DNA of 64,000 bases from Candidatus Doudnabacteria bacterium (GCA_039931165.1 JBDTSL010000002.1:71134-135133); one strand, 5' to 3'; positions 1 to 9,179 are shown, counted from the stretch's first letter. Notes: generated by a model from the letters alone, not told the origin. Numbers and translations are program-made.

Positions 1-39
1 CTGAATACTGGATACTTTATACTTAATACTTTAAACTAT

Positions 40-261
40 ATGCCCGCACCAATGAATGTAAAAAAGCCGTGCCTGTTCTGTACCGAGAAGATCTCCTTCG
101 TCGATTATAAAGACACGCAGTTCATGCGCCGCTTCATGTCCCCGCATGCCAAAATCCTGTCATCCAATAGAACCGGCACCTGCGCCAAGCATCAGCGCAT
201 GGTCAGTCAAGCTCTCAAAAGAGCAAGGCACATGGCACTGCTGCCGTTTGTAAGCACTTAA
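40..261 (+). CDS. rpsR: 30S ribosomal protein S18
   Basis: 73 aa; conserved S18 core 'RTGTCAKHQRMVSQALKRARHMALLPF' matches the S18 signature (RTGLCAxHQR...AIKRAR). Start could be the second Met at 52. Confidence 0.85.
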   Translation: MPAPMNVKKPCLFCTEKISFVDYKDTQFMRRFMSPHAKILSSNRTGTCAKHQRMVSQALKRARHMALLPFVST

Positions 262-342
262 ATAGTATAAAGGGAAAAGTATAAAGTATTAAGGACTTTA
301 TATCGCCCTTTATACTTTCCCCTTCATACTTTATACTTTTTT
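262..342. repeat. AT-rich imperfect palindrome built from GTATAAAG / CTTTATAC units
   Basis: agtataaaggg...agtataaagta...ccctttatact...catactttatact. Five copies of the 8-mer in both orientations in 1-340, including tactttatactt at 18-29 and 327-338. Confidence 0.5.
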
Positions 343-915
343 ATGGCTGTTTTAGATTTCTCCGACCTCAAAGGAACGGGACAAATTATCAAATTCAACG
401 ATGAACCATACCAGATTATCTGGTCTAATTTTATGCGCACGGCCCAGAGAAAACCGGTGATCCAGGCCAAGCTGCGCAACCTCATGACCGGTAAAGTCAT
501 GGAATACTCGTTTAAATACGGGGAAAAAATCCCGGAGGCTGACGTGGTCAAGCGGAAATGCCAATACCTTTACTCGGACGATGAAGGCGCGCACTTTATG
601 AACCCGGAAACTTTCGAGACGATCATGGTGCCCAAAGCTTTGGTCGAAGACCAGATCAAGTTTCTGAAAGATGGCACTGAGACAGTGATCATGTTTTTTG
701 AAGACAAACCGATAGCTCTCGACCTGCCGGTTAAGATCGATCTCAAGGTCACGGAAACCGCTCCCGGAATCAAAGGCGACACAGCCACCGGCGGCACCAA
801 ACCCGCGACCCTCGAAACCGGGCACGTAGTCAATGTTCCCCTGTTTATCAAAGAAGGCGATACGGTCAGGATTGATACGCGGTCCGGCAATTACGTGGAA
901 CGGGCAAGCCAGTAG
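343..915 (+). CDS. efp: elongation factor P
   Basis: 190 aa; EF-P-like N-terminal KOW region 'KGTGQIIKFNDEPYQII...QRKPVIQAKLRNLMTGKVME'; 'GDTATGGTKPATLETG...VPLFI' loop typical of EF-P. Confidence 0.9.
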   Translation: MAVLDFSDLKGTGQIIKFNDEPYQIIWSNFMRTAQRKPVIQAKLRNLMTGKVMEYSFKYGEKIPEADVVKRKCQYLYSDDEGAHFMNPETFETIMVPKALVEDQIKFLKDGTETVIMFFEDKPIALDLPVKIDLKVTETAPGIKGDTATGGTKPATLETGHVVNVPLFIKEGDTVRIDTRSGNYVERASQ

Positions 916-950
916 AATCTGGAATTTAGAATATAGAATATAGAAAAAAT

Positions 951-998
951 CCTCTCCCGACTTCCGCCAGTTGGCGGACGGGAGAGGATTTTTTTATT
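951..998. terminator. bidirectional rho-independent terminator (efp / convergent lipoprotein gene)
   Basis: Perfect stem cctctcccg...cgggagagg with inner ccgccagttggcgg palindrome. A-run before and T-run after the stem. Confidence 0.7.
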
Positions 999-1002
999 TA
1001 TC

Positions 1003-1368
1003 TTACGGTGTGACAATTACCGAGCCATGCATGCTTGGATTCGTATGATCATGGAAACCCCAGGTGCCCACTTTTGTGAAAGTATAGGCATAAGTGTTGC
1101 CTGTCGCGATTGTTTGCAAGGCATCAAATCCGGGAAGAACAGTATGCAGAGGATGCGGATTGGAAGCCACCCAATGCCCTTCAGTGTCGGTATTTTTAAA
1201 CACTACCGTAGTGCCGGCTTTGACCGTTATATCGGCCGGGATGAATCCGCTGGACGTCATATCGATCTCGGTTGTGCCGCTTAGCACCTGGGTAGAGACT
1301 TGAGATTTATTATTGCATCCCGCGGCAAGAAGAACCAGGCCCAGTCCCACGAAAATTATCTTTCTCAT
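1003..1368 (-). CDS. cupredoxin-like domain lipoprotein (no Cys copper ligand)
   Basis: 121 aa; lipoprotein signal 'LLAAGC'. 'FIPADITVKAGTTVVFKNTDTEGHWVAS' resembles Cupredoxin_1-type beta-sandwich; His present but the blue-copper Cys is absent. Confidence 0.5.
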   Translation of the reverse strand: MRKIIFVGLGLVLLAAGCNNKSQVSTQVLSGTTEIDMTSSGFIPADITVKAGTTVVFKNTDTEGHWVASNPHPLHTVLPGFDALQTIATGNTYAYTFTKVGTWGFHDHTNPSMHGSVIVTP

Positions 1369-1371
1369 CTA

Positions 1372-2613
1372 TTATATTCCCCTGTCACGCATGGCCTGGG
1401 CTATGCGATTAATTGCCAAAATAAACGCCGCGTTGCGAAAATCCGTGTGATATTTTTCTTTGGCGGAGACAACTCCTTTCCATGCCACGAACATGTAACT
1501 TGTCAGTTTTTTCAGCACCTCGGCTTTGCTCCAATAATTCCCGCTTAAGTTCTGCGACCATTCCAGATAAGAGGTTGCCACACCGCCGGAATTCGCCAGC
1601 ACATCCGGAATGACCCAAATACCTTTCTTACGCAATATTATATCAGCTTCCGGCGCGGTCGGTCCATTGGCCATTTCCAAGACCAGTTTTGCTTTGATCT
1701 TTTTGGCATTGCCTTTATGAATCTGGTTCTCAAGAGCCGCCGGCACCAGAACGTCCACGGGCAATTCCAAAAGTTTTTCATTTGTGACATCAACCGTGCC
1801 AGGAAACCCTTTCAATCCTCCCCGCTCCCGCTTATGGTCGTGGATTTTTTTTATATCGAGCCCACGGGGGTTGTAAATTCCGCCCTTGGAATCGGACAGC
1901 GCCACAACCCTAAAACCGGCCTCGACCGCGAGTTGCGCAAAGAACGACCCGACATTGCCGAAACCCTGAACCGCGATGCTCGTTCCTTTTTTTAGTTTCA
2001 AAGCTTTTGCCGCAAGTTTCAAAATCTCGACCCCGCCAAACCCGGTCGCTTCCTCGCGGCCTTGCGACCCGCCCATACTTAGAGGTTTTCCGGTGATCAC
2101 CGCCGGCGTAAACTTACCGACCAGCTTGGAATATTCGTCCACCATCCAGCCCATGATCTGCGGAGTGGTGTTGACATCGGGTGCTGGCACATCGACATTT
2201 GGACCGATGTCTTTATAAATCAGGTCTATAAATTTCCGGCTTAGCCGTTCCAGTTCGCCTACTGACAGTTTTTTCGGATCGACGATAATCCCGCCCTTGC
2301 CTCCGCCGTAAGGCACGCCTACCACCGCGTTTTTTATGCTCATCCAAAAAGCCAGTGCCTTGACCTCGTCCATATTCACCTTCGGATGATAGCGCAGCCC
2401 GCCTTTGAAAGGCCCTCTGGCGTCATTATATTGCACCCTGAAGCCGACAAAGATTTTTGTCTCGCCGTTATCCATCCTTACCGGAATCGAAACTTCGATA
2501 ATTCTGGCGGGATGTTTCAGCAAGGTATGGATTTCTTTATTTAAGCTTAAAGCCTTCGCGGCATTATCCAGCTGCCGCATGGCCGATTTGAACGGATTGA
2601 TCTTAATTGGCAT
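1372..2613 (-). CDS. gdhA: Glu/Leu/Phe/Val-family amino acid dehydrogenase (glutamate dehydrogenase-like)
   Basis: 413 aa; catalytic Lys motif 'PYGGGKGG'; Rossmann 'GFGNVGSF'; overall ELFV dehydrogenase layout. Confidence 0.85.
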   Translation of the reverse strand: MPIKINPFKSAMRQLDNAAKALSLNKEIHTLLKHPARIIEVSIPVRMDNGETKIFVGFRVQYNDARGPFKGGLRYHPKVNMDEVKALAFWMSIKNAVVGVPYGGGKGGIIVDPKKLSVGELERLSRKFIDLIYKDIGPNVDVPAPDVNTTPQIMGWMVDEYSKLVGKFTPAVITGKPLSMGGSQGREEATGFGGVEILKLAAKALKLKKGTSIAVQGFGNVGSFFAQLAVEAGFRVVALSDSKGGIYNPRGLDIKKIHDHKRERGGLKGFPGTVDVTNEKLLELPVDVLVPAALENQIHKGNAKKIKAKLVLEMANGPTAPEADIILRKKGIWVIPDVLANSGGVATSYLEWSQNLSGNYWSKAEVLKKLTSYMFVAWKGVVSAKEKYHTDFRNAAFILAINRIAQAMRDRGI

Positions 2614-2618
2614 ACTTT

Positions 2619-3542
2619 TTACCCCTGATCCATATGAAGATATTTTTCCGCGTCGAGGGCGGCCATGCAGCCCCAGCCGGCGGCGGTCACAGCCTGCCTA
2701 TACCGATAATCGCGGACATCGCCCGCCACGAAAACTCCCTCGACATTGGTTTTGGTCTGATCAATGGGCTCTATATAACCTTTGGCATCAAGTTTGAGCT
2801 GGCCCGCAAAAATTTCCGTGTTCGGTTTGTGGCCAATGGCAATAAACGCCCCTTCGATCGGACGTTCCTCAATCTTGCCCGAAATTGAATCTTTCACTTT
2901 CACACCCGCGAGGCGGTCACTGCCTAAAAACTCTTCCACGGCTTTATTGTATTCAATGCTTATCTTCGGATTCGCTTTGGCCCTGTCCTGCATGATCTGG
3001 GAGGCCCGCAGTTTATCGCTCCGGTTCAGTATTGTAACTTTTTTTGCGAATTTCGTCAGATATAAAGCTTCTTCCAACGCCGCGTCGCCGCCGCCCACGA
3101 CAATTATGTCCTTTTCCTTGAAAAAAAATCCGTCGCAGGTGGCGCAGGAGGAAATTCCTTTACCGCGGAATTTTTCTTCCGAAGGCAGGCCCAGCCAGAT
3201 CGAGGAAGCGCCGGTGGCGACAATGATGCTTTCGGTTTGATAAGTCTTGCTCCCCGATGTAACGCTGAATGGCTTTTGGCCAAATTCAACTTTGACAGCA
3301 TCTTCAAAAATAATCTCCGCGCCAAACCTCTTTGCCTGATCGATCATTTTTTGCATCAATTCCGGACCCTGAACTCCTTCGGGAAATCCCGGAAAATTCT
3401 CCACTTCCGACGTGATCATCAGTTGTCCGCCGTAAGTAAACCCGCCGATGACCAAAGGCTTGAGATTGGCTCTGGCCGCGTATAGGGCGGCAGTAAGGCC
3501 AGCCGGGCCGGAACCAATGATGATGAGCTTATGCGTATCCAT
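2619..3542 (-). CDS. trxB: thioredoxin-disulfide reductase
   Basis: 307 aa; FAD motif 'IIGSGPAGLTAA'; redox-active 'CATCDGFFF'; NADPH GxGxxA 'VVGGGDAALEEA'. Confidence 0.85.
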   Translation of the reverse strand: MDTHKLIIIGSGPAGLTAALYAARANLKPLVIGGFTYGGQLMITSEVENFPGFPEGVQGPELMQKMIDQAKRFGAEIIFEDAVKVEFGQKPFSVTSGSKTYQTESIIVATGASSIWLGLPSEEKFRGKGISSCATCDGFFFKEKDIIVVGGGDAALEEALYLTKFAKKVTILNRSDKLRASQIMQDRAKANPKISIEYNKAVEEFLGSDRLAGVKVKDSISGKIEERPIEGAFIAIGHKPNTEIFAGQLKLDAKGYIEPIDQTKTNVEGVFVAGDVRDYRYRQAVTAAGWGCMAALDAEKYLHMDQG

Positions 3543-3620
3543 AGTTTAGTTAGTAGTAGGTAGTTAGTAGTAGGTAGTCTACATACTACCTCACTACGTA
3601 CTACCTACTCACTTAATTCT
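3543..3620. repeat. TAGTAGGTAG direct/inverted repeat cluster between the two trxB paralogs
   Basis: ttagtagtaggtag twice in tandem, followed by inverted ctacctact copies. Could form a stem-loop. Related GTAGG/CCTAC-rich tract at 33001-33060. Confidence 0.5.
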
Positions 3621-4565
3621 CTTAATTTGCGTCCAATCGCTAGACAAACCTACACTGCCTTTTTTCCGCATCATCCAATCATAACATGCCAATGCCGCAG
3701 CTGCTCCTTCTCCGGCGGAGACCACAGCCTGCTTGTACGGCCGGTTGGTCGCATCACCTGCGGCAAAAATTCCGGCGCAGGAAGTGGTTTGATCTGAATC
3801 CACGACTATTTGTTCCTGCTCATCTAACTTTACTATATTTTGCAAAAAATGGGAATTAACAATGTATCCGAGCTCGACGAATAGTCCGTGCAAAAAAAGC
3901 TCTTCCTGTCTGCCTGTTTTCAGATGCATAAGCTTGATGCCGGACAATATTGTTTCTCCCATGATCTCTTGGATCTGAATGAAAGGCACTAATTCCACGT
4001 TTTTTTTCTTAAACAATGCTTTAGTCAACTCGGAATGCGCCAGCAGTTTGTCGGTTTTGGACAAGATATAAACTTTTTTGGCGTATTTTGCGCACAACAA
4101 GCCCGCGTCAGCCGCGATATCCCCTATTCCGGCGATGGCCACCACTTTGCCTTTGAACAATGGCGCGTCGCAAGTGGCGCAATACGAAATTCCTTTACCT
4201 TTAAGGGCCTGTTCGCCCGGTATTCCCAGATCCCTGGGTGTTTTCCCGTACGCCAATATCAACCCTTGGCTTTTGTATTGCTTGCCATAAGCCGTCACCA
4301 CAAAAGCATCAGGCGAGGTTTTTAGTTTTGTCACTTCCGACTGCAAATATTCCGCCCCAAATTTTTCCGCCTGGTTCCTGATCTGGTTGACCAGTTCAAA
4401 CCCGCCAATTTCTTCAATCCCAGGAAAATTTTCAATCGTATCGGTATAATTCGCCTGGCCTGCGACATCCTTGCCGATGACCAGAGTTTTCAGCCCCCGG
4501 CGAGACGCAAATAAAGCTGCTGAAAATCCGGCCACACCCGCTCCGATAATTATGACATCAAACAT
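3609..4565 (-). CDS. thioredoxin reductase-like flavoprotein (second paralog)
   Basis: 318 aa; 'IIIGAGVAGFSAA' FAD motif; 'SYCATCDAPLFKGK' CxxC redox motif; 'IAGIGDIAADAG'. Confidence 0.7.
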   Translation of the reverse strand: MFDVIIIGAGVAGFSAALFASRRGLKTLVIGKDVAGQANYTDTIENFPGIEEIGGFELVNQIRNQAEKFGAEYLQSEVTKLKTSPDAFVVTAYGKQYKSQGLILAYGKTPRDLGIPGEQALKGKGISYCATCDAPLFKGKVVAIAGIGDIAADAGLLCAKYAKKVYILSKTDKLLAHSELTKALFKKKNVELVPFIQIQEIMGETILSGIKLMHLKTGRQEELFLHGLFVELGYIVNSHFLQNIVKLDEQEQIVVDSDQTTSCAGIFAAGDATNRPYKQAVVSAGEGAAAALACYDWMMRKKGSVGLSSDWTQIKRIK

Positions 4566-5412
4566 GGAATTTTTTTATGAAGGATGCATTCGCAACAACG
4601 TTCTCAAGCAACTTGGCCACAGTGATCGGCCCGACTCCTCCGGGGGTCGGAGTGATCAGCGACGCGACATTTCTAACATTTTCGAAGTTTACATCGCCGT
4701 GCATTTTTTTATTGACAAACGACACGCCGGCGTCAATCACAATTGTCCCTTTATTGACCATGCGAGCCTGAATTAAATTAGCTTTACCGACTCCGGTTAC
4801 TAAAATATCGGCCTTGCGGGTCAACTCTGCCAAATTCCTGGTATCTTTATTGCAGGTGGTGAGAGTAACCGGCAAATGCATGAGCAGATTTGCCAAGGGC
4901 CTGCCGATCAGGTCTCCCTGGCCGACCAGGACGATATGTTTGCCGCGCAAATTGACGTGGTAATAGTCTAAAATTTCAAGAACCGCGCCCGGGCTTGGCG
5001 GAGTGAGAGTGTTTTCCGCGATCACCAATTTACCCAGCGATTCCCAGGTCAAAAAATCCACGTCTATTTCGGGATTGATCGCGTTGAGGATTTTTTTCTT
5101 GTCCAAATTTTTTGGCAGAGGAAGCTGAACGATTATGCCCGACAGATCCTGCTTCTGGATCTTTTTGATCGCGGCGATCAATTTGTCCTGCTTGATGGTG
5201 GACGGAAATTTATACAGAGAAAATTTTACGCCAATGCCGAGCGCGGCTTCCTGTTTTTTGCGGACATAGGTTTCCGACGGCTTGTCGGAGCCGACCAAAA
5301 CCACAGCCAAATGCGGCCGCAGTTTCAATTTTTGGATCTGCACTTTCAACCGGTGTAAAATTTTTTGGGCGATTAATTTGCCGTTGACGATTTGAGTCAT
5401 ATGAGCCCTCAT
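4558..5412 (-). CDS. folD: bifunctional methylenetetrahydrofolate dehydrogenase / methenyl-THF cyclohydrolase
   Basis: 284 aa; 'VVLVGSDKPSETYVRKK' and 'GAVLEILDYY...GKHIVLVGQGDLIGRPL' typical FolD. Confidence 0.85.
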   Translation of the reverse strand: MRAHMTQIVNGKLIAQKILHRLKVQIQKLKLRPHLAVVLVGSDKPSETYVRKKQEAALGIGVKFSLYKFPSTIKQDKLIAAIKKIQKQDLSGIIVQLPLPKNLDKKKILNAINPEIDVDFLTWESLGKLVIAENTLTPPSPGAVLEILDYYHVNLRGKHIVLVGQGDLIGRPLANLLMHLPVTLTTCNKDTRNLAELTRKADILVTGVGKANLIQARMVNKGTIVIDAGVSFVNKKMHGDVNFENVRNVASLITPTPGGVGPITVAKLLENVVANASFIKKFHV

Positions 5413-5491
5413 ATTTTATCATTTTGGGGCCAAAACAAAAAGAGGCCATAATGCTATAATAAGTAACGATTATTCAGTTTTTTCGATAAAA

Positions 5492-6025
5492 ATGATACAA
5501 GAAAAAGACATACAAAACTTGGTTAGTCAGGCCCAAGAGGGCGATTCGGAGGCCTTTGGCCGGATTTATGACATTTTTTCGAAGCAGATTTACAACTTTT
5601 TATTCGGCAAGCTGAGACACCGGCAAACCGCGGAAGATCTGACTCACACCGTTTTTCTGAAGGCCTGGACCAATTTACGGTCATATAAACCCCGTTCCAG
5701 CGCCAAATTCTCCACTTGGCTTTATCAGATCGCCAACTTCACCCTGATCGATCACTGGCGGACCAGGAAAACTACAGCCGAACTTTCAGATATTGAAAAT
5801 TTGGCCCGGTTTGCCGAAGATCCTAAGCTTTATGAAGAATACGAATATCTTTGGATCGCCATTTCTGAACTTCCGCTGGAGTATCAGACGGTTTTGGACT
5901 TGAGGTTCAAACAGGCATTATCCGTGGAAGAAACCGCGCAAATAATGGACAAAAGCCGTGTCGGCATCCGAGTCCTGCAACATCGCGCCTTGAAAGCGCT
6001 CAAATCCAAGCTCAAACATTTATGA
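5492..6025 (+). CDS. ECF-type RNA polymerase sigma factor
   Basis: 177 aa; region 2 'FGRIYDIFSKQIYNFL...DLTHTVFLKAW' and region 4 HTH 'LSVEETAQIMDKSRVGIRVLQHRALKAL'. Confidence 0.8.
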   Translation: MIQEKDIQNLVSQAQEGDSEAFGRIYDIFSKQIYNFLFGKLRHRQTAEDLTHTVFLKAWTNLRSYKPRSSAKFSTWLYQIANFTLIDHWRTRKTTAELSDIENLARFAEDPKLYEEYEYLWIAISELPLEYQTVLDLRFKQALSVEETAQIMDKSRVGIRVLQHRALKALKSKLKHL

Positions 6026-6750
6026 ACCTCTTCAGCCGCAAATCCAATCAAGACCTGATCGAACAGCTGGCGAAATCCCGGCAGGATTTTCAGTTTGACC
6101 GCTTCGGCATAAAAAATAAATTGCTCATGAGCCTGGAAAACTCTCCGGAGGAGCCTGTTGCCCATAAATTTTTCACGATCAGGCTGATAAAATATTCCGC
6201 GACATTTGCCGGTCTGTTAATTTTTCTTTCAACCGCGCTTAGTTTTGCCTCAACCGCGAAACCTGGCGATAAATTATTTCCTCTCAATAAACTGGAGGAA
6301 AAAATGATTTTGAACCTGCCGCTGTCAGCGGAACAAAAAGCCGATCTGCAAGTGCGAATAGTCAGCAAACGGCTGGAGGCGCTGAAAGCAGTGGAAAATA
6401 CAACCAACAACGTAAGGCTTCAGGCCAAACAATTGGAGACAGTGAAAGAATCAGACGCAAGCATTAAACAAGCCGTGGACAGCGTGTCCGCCAATAAAAA
6501 CGCGCTCAAGGGTCCTGGTAAAACCGCGACCGAGCAAAAGCTTGACCAAGTGTTAAATCAGATCGATGATCTGGCCCAAAAACACGAGCAGCGGATCCAA
6601 AGCTTGGAAGACTCCGCGTCTGATAAAAACATTAAGCAATCGCTTAACCAGCATCTGAATGAAATAAAAAATTCCAGGCACAAGGCTCAGAATGAGATAA
6701 AATCGCAAGACCACCGGGACCCGGATCATGAAAAAAAATCCGGCGATTAA
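6022..6750 (+). CDS. putative anti-sigma factor (single TM helix + coiled coil)
   Basis: Start overlaps the sigma stop (ATGA); one TM helix 'FAGLLIFLSTALSFAST'; C-terminal Q/K/E-rich coiled coil. No recognisable catalytic motif. Confidence 0.35.
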   Translation: MNLFSRKSNQDLIEQLAKSRQDFQFDRFGIKNKLLMSLENSPEEPVAHKFFTIRLIKYSATFAGLLIFLSTALSFASTAKPGDKLFPLNKLEEKMILNLPLSAEQKADLQVRIVSKRLEALKAVENTTNNVRLQAKQLETVKESDASIKQAVDSVSANKNALKGPGKTATEQKLDQVLNQIDDLAQKHEQRIQSLEDSASDKNIKQSLNQHLNEIKNSRHKAQNEIKSQDHRDPDHEKKSGD

Positions 6751-7517
6751 CCCTCCAGGTAAGCGGCTAATCCTGATAAAAATTCCTTCCTGGTCTCCAG
6801 TTGGCGCTTAACCCCTTCCCAGACCAGCTGTTTGGTATCGCGATCGAACACGATCTTATCCAGGATATGGCTTGAATTCACCACGTAATTGGCGCCGGAA
6901 TTGCCTTGTGTCGACAAAATCTCCAGGTCTTTATTGCCGAGGGCGGTATTTTTTTTGAGCATTTCCAGGATCGCCAGATTCTCCTCCTTGACCGCCCGCT
7001 CGGCAGCGGCGTATGCCCCGACCGCGGTTTGCCATTCGGATGACGAATAGACATCCGACATCTCGGCGATATAATTCCGGGTTTGCTCTTTCAGCACTGC
7101 CCGTCCGATGTCTTCTGTCTTCAGACCCAGCGCCAAAAGCAAGTACTGCCAAAGCGCGCGGTGGGCAGTGCCTTCCGGATCTTCCTGCCTTTTTTTATCC
7201 AGGATTTCTAAAGCGCTTTCGGCGGTCGGATCGTCTGATTCGGATAAATTGGCGATCGCGAAACGCAAAAATCCCGGATCGCCTTCTCTGGCGCCCAAAA
7301 AAGCCTCGGCCGCCAAAAATTTCTGGAGCATGAATTTTTTTATCTTCTCCGGCCTTGGTTTCGCTGCCTTTATCCGGATAACCGCTGGCCAGGCTTTTAT
7401 TTGCCGGCTGATGTGATCCATGAGCCATTCTATAAACTGTTCGCCCATGAATTGATCCACTGCCTGCTCGGGATTATTTATGATATTGGTATTGTCGGTT
7501 AGCTCATTCATGCTCAT
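6747..7517 (-). CDS. hypothetical all-alpha protein (possibly heme-oxygenase-like / PqqC-TenA-like fold)
   Basis: 256 aa, helical, Glu/Ala-rich. No diagnostic motif found; the fold guess is weak. Confidence 0.35.
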   Translation of the reverse strand: MSMNELTDNTNIINNPEQAVDQFMGEQFIEWLMDHISRQIKAWPAVIRIKAAKPRPEKIKKFMLQKFLAAEAFLGAREGDPGFLRFAIANLSESDDPTAESALEILDKKRQEDPEGTAHRALWQYLLLALGLKTEDIGRAVLKEQTRNYIAEMSDVYSSSEWQTAVGAYAAAERAVKEENLAILEMLKKNTALGNKDLEILSTQGNSGANYVVNSSHILDKIVFDRDTKQLVWEGVKRQLETRKEFLSGLAAYLEG

Positions 7518-7579
7518 AGTTTAGTCATGATTGCTTATTTGCGCAACAGTGCTTTTAGGTTATGATGTAAACGCAAGTT

Positions 7580-8401
7580 ATGCTCCGACTTACAAAAAAA
7601 TTTATCAAAAGCCGCGACGGTAAGGACCTCTACTACGAGGTGCGCGCTGCAGGGACGGACAAGCCAACCCTATTTTTCCTGCATGGGGTCGGCGGTGATC
7701 TGGATGCCTGGCACTTTGTCGAAAGCGCGCTTAACGCCCAAGGCTTTTCGAGCATTGCCATGGATCTGCGCGGCCACGGACACTCCGCCCATCCCGATAA
7801 GGCAGAAAGTTATGGGATCAATCACCTGGTTGAGGATGTGAGTGTAATTTTAAGGCAGGAGAAGCCCGATAAAATCATTTTGATCGGCCATTCGTTCGGC
7901 GCGATCGTGGCTTACCACTTTGCCCAAGCTTTCCCGGAATCCTTGAAAAAATTGGTTCTAATCTCCCCGATTTTCCATGCTCCTGCTTATTTGAGATCAG
8001 GAGGTTCGAAGAAATTGGCTCACAAGGCAATTGACGTTTTGGCCGGCCTTTCGCCTAAGCCCATCCGCCCCGGACATTCTAAGTATCCGGCCGGCAAATT
8101 CCATAAAGACTATGAAATATTCGGTTTAATTAGGACAATTATGCGGAATTCACTGAAAAGTTACCTGTTGAACTCCAAAATTTCAATAGATCTGGATTCG
8201 GAATCAAACGCTCACCAGCTTCAAACCGAAACCTTGATCATCGCCGGGGACAAAGACAGCGTTTTCCCCGTGGAAAGCACAAAAAGAATTCAATCTAAAA
8301 TCCCGAGGTCAAAAATAGAAATAATCGAGGGCGGCAATCACGTGGTTATTCTCAATAACGCGGATGAAGTTACCCGTTCAATACTGAACTTTTTGAAATA
8401 A
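7580..8401 (+). CDS. alpha/beta-fold hydrolase
   Basis: 273 aa; 'LFFLHGVGGD' oxyanion region; nucleophile elbow 'IGHSFGA'; C-terminal 'GGNHVV' His region. Confidence 0.75.
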   Translation: MLRLTKKFIKSRDGKDLYYEVRAAGTDKPTLFFLHGVGGDLDAWHFVESALNAQGFSSIAMDLRGHGHSAHPDKAESYGINHLVEDVSVILRQEKPDKIILIGHSFGAIVAYHFAQAFPESLKKLVLISPIFHAPAYLRSGGSKKLAHKAIDVLAGLSPKPIRPGHSKYPAGKFHKDYEIFGLIRTIMRNSLKSYLLNSKISIDLDSESNAHQLQTETLIIAGDKDSVFPVESTKRIQSKIPRSKIEIIEGGNHVVILNNADEVTRSILNFLK

Positions 8402-8489
8402 AAGTATAAAAAAACTTGATTAAAAATGAAAATTGTGCTATAATATATATGTAAATGAAATCTTTGACTGAAACTAAAATAAAAACAAA

Positions 8490-8969
8490 ATGGAACAAGA
8501 AGAAGTTAATAATATCAGCGCGCTTTTCAAAAAACCGCTTGTCCCAACTCCACAATTAGACAAACCGACGGTAAGGAATACTCCGCCGCCGAGTAATGTC
8601 CGTACTCCGGCACCAACCACCGATCGCTTTGCCCAAGTCCGCGAGACAGCACGCAAAACGCAAATCAGCGCTCCTGTAAAAAATAATCCGGTCAAAAAAG
8701 ATTTTGGCGTGATCGATTTTTCAAAAAAAAGTGTCGTGCGCGGCGTATCCAATACTGAAAAAACCCGCTCTCAGCTCTACAAACAGCTGGGTGGCGTATT
8801 TAACAGCTCAACACAGAGATCAGAGGTTACCAAAGAATTGGGCCGTCAGATTTCATCCGGCGGCATAGTCACTAGAGGTAGTGCGAAAAAAGCCCTTTGG
8901 AATTTGCAAAAAGCCGGGAAGCTTACAAGCGGACAAGTCAGCCGCACCTTCAAAAAATTGGGAATGTGA
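8490..8969 (+). CDS. hypothetical basic Pro/Thr-rich protein
   Basis: 159 aa ORF with own promoter-like ttgatt...tgctataat upstream; no recognisable domain. Confidence 0.4.
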   Translation: MEQEEVNNISALFKKPLVPTPQLDKPTVRNTPPPSNVRTPAPTTDRFAQVRETARKTQISAPVKNNPVKKDFGVIDFSKKSVVRGVSNTEKTRSQLYKQLGGVFNSSTQRSEVTKELGRQISSGGIVTRGSAKKALWNLQKAGKLTSGQVSRTFKKLGM

Positions 8970-9010
8970 TCTGGAAGTAAAAAATTTAAATTAAAAATTC
9001 AATCAAAACT

Positions 9011-9037
9011 AGGCTTGAAAAATTAAGCCTTTTTTTG
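9011..9037 (+). terminator. rho-independent terminator
   Basis: aggcttgaaaaattaagcct hairpin followed by T7. Confidence 0.7.
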
Positions 9038-9061
9038 TATAATAACCTAGCTTTAGTTATG

Positions 9062-9179
9062 TTTACGAACAAAAGTAGGTGCACAGCGAAGCGAGCACGA
9101 TTTTTGTCCGAGAGGAGCAGTATGTCGACCGTAGCATATCCGCCATCAAGCGGATTGCGAAATGTCGACCAACTGCGAC
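9062..9179 (+). ncRNA. structured non-coding element, family 1, copy a
   Basis: About 75% identical to 37063-37194. Shares closing stem acgaacaaaa / ttttgt(c/t)cg and core gagaggagcagt...ccgtagc...gcgaa...caactgcgacga. Internal hairpin shows compensatory change (ccgc..gcgg here vs ccga..tcgg in copy b). Preceded by a tataat -10. Confidence 0.55.

Noticed and set aside
352-890. Two minus-strand ORFs (157 and 106 aa) inside efp
   Set aside because: They are antisense to a well-supported EF-P gene, with low-complexity Gly/Arg-rich translation.
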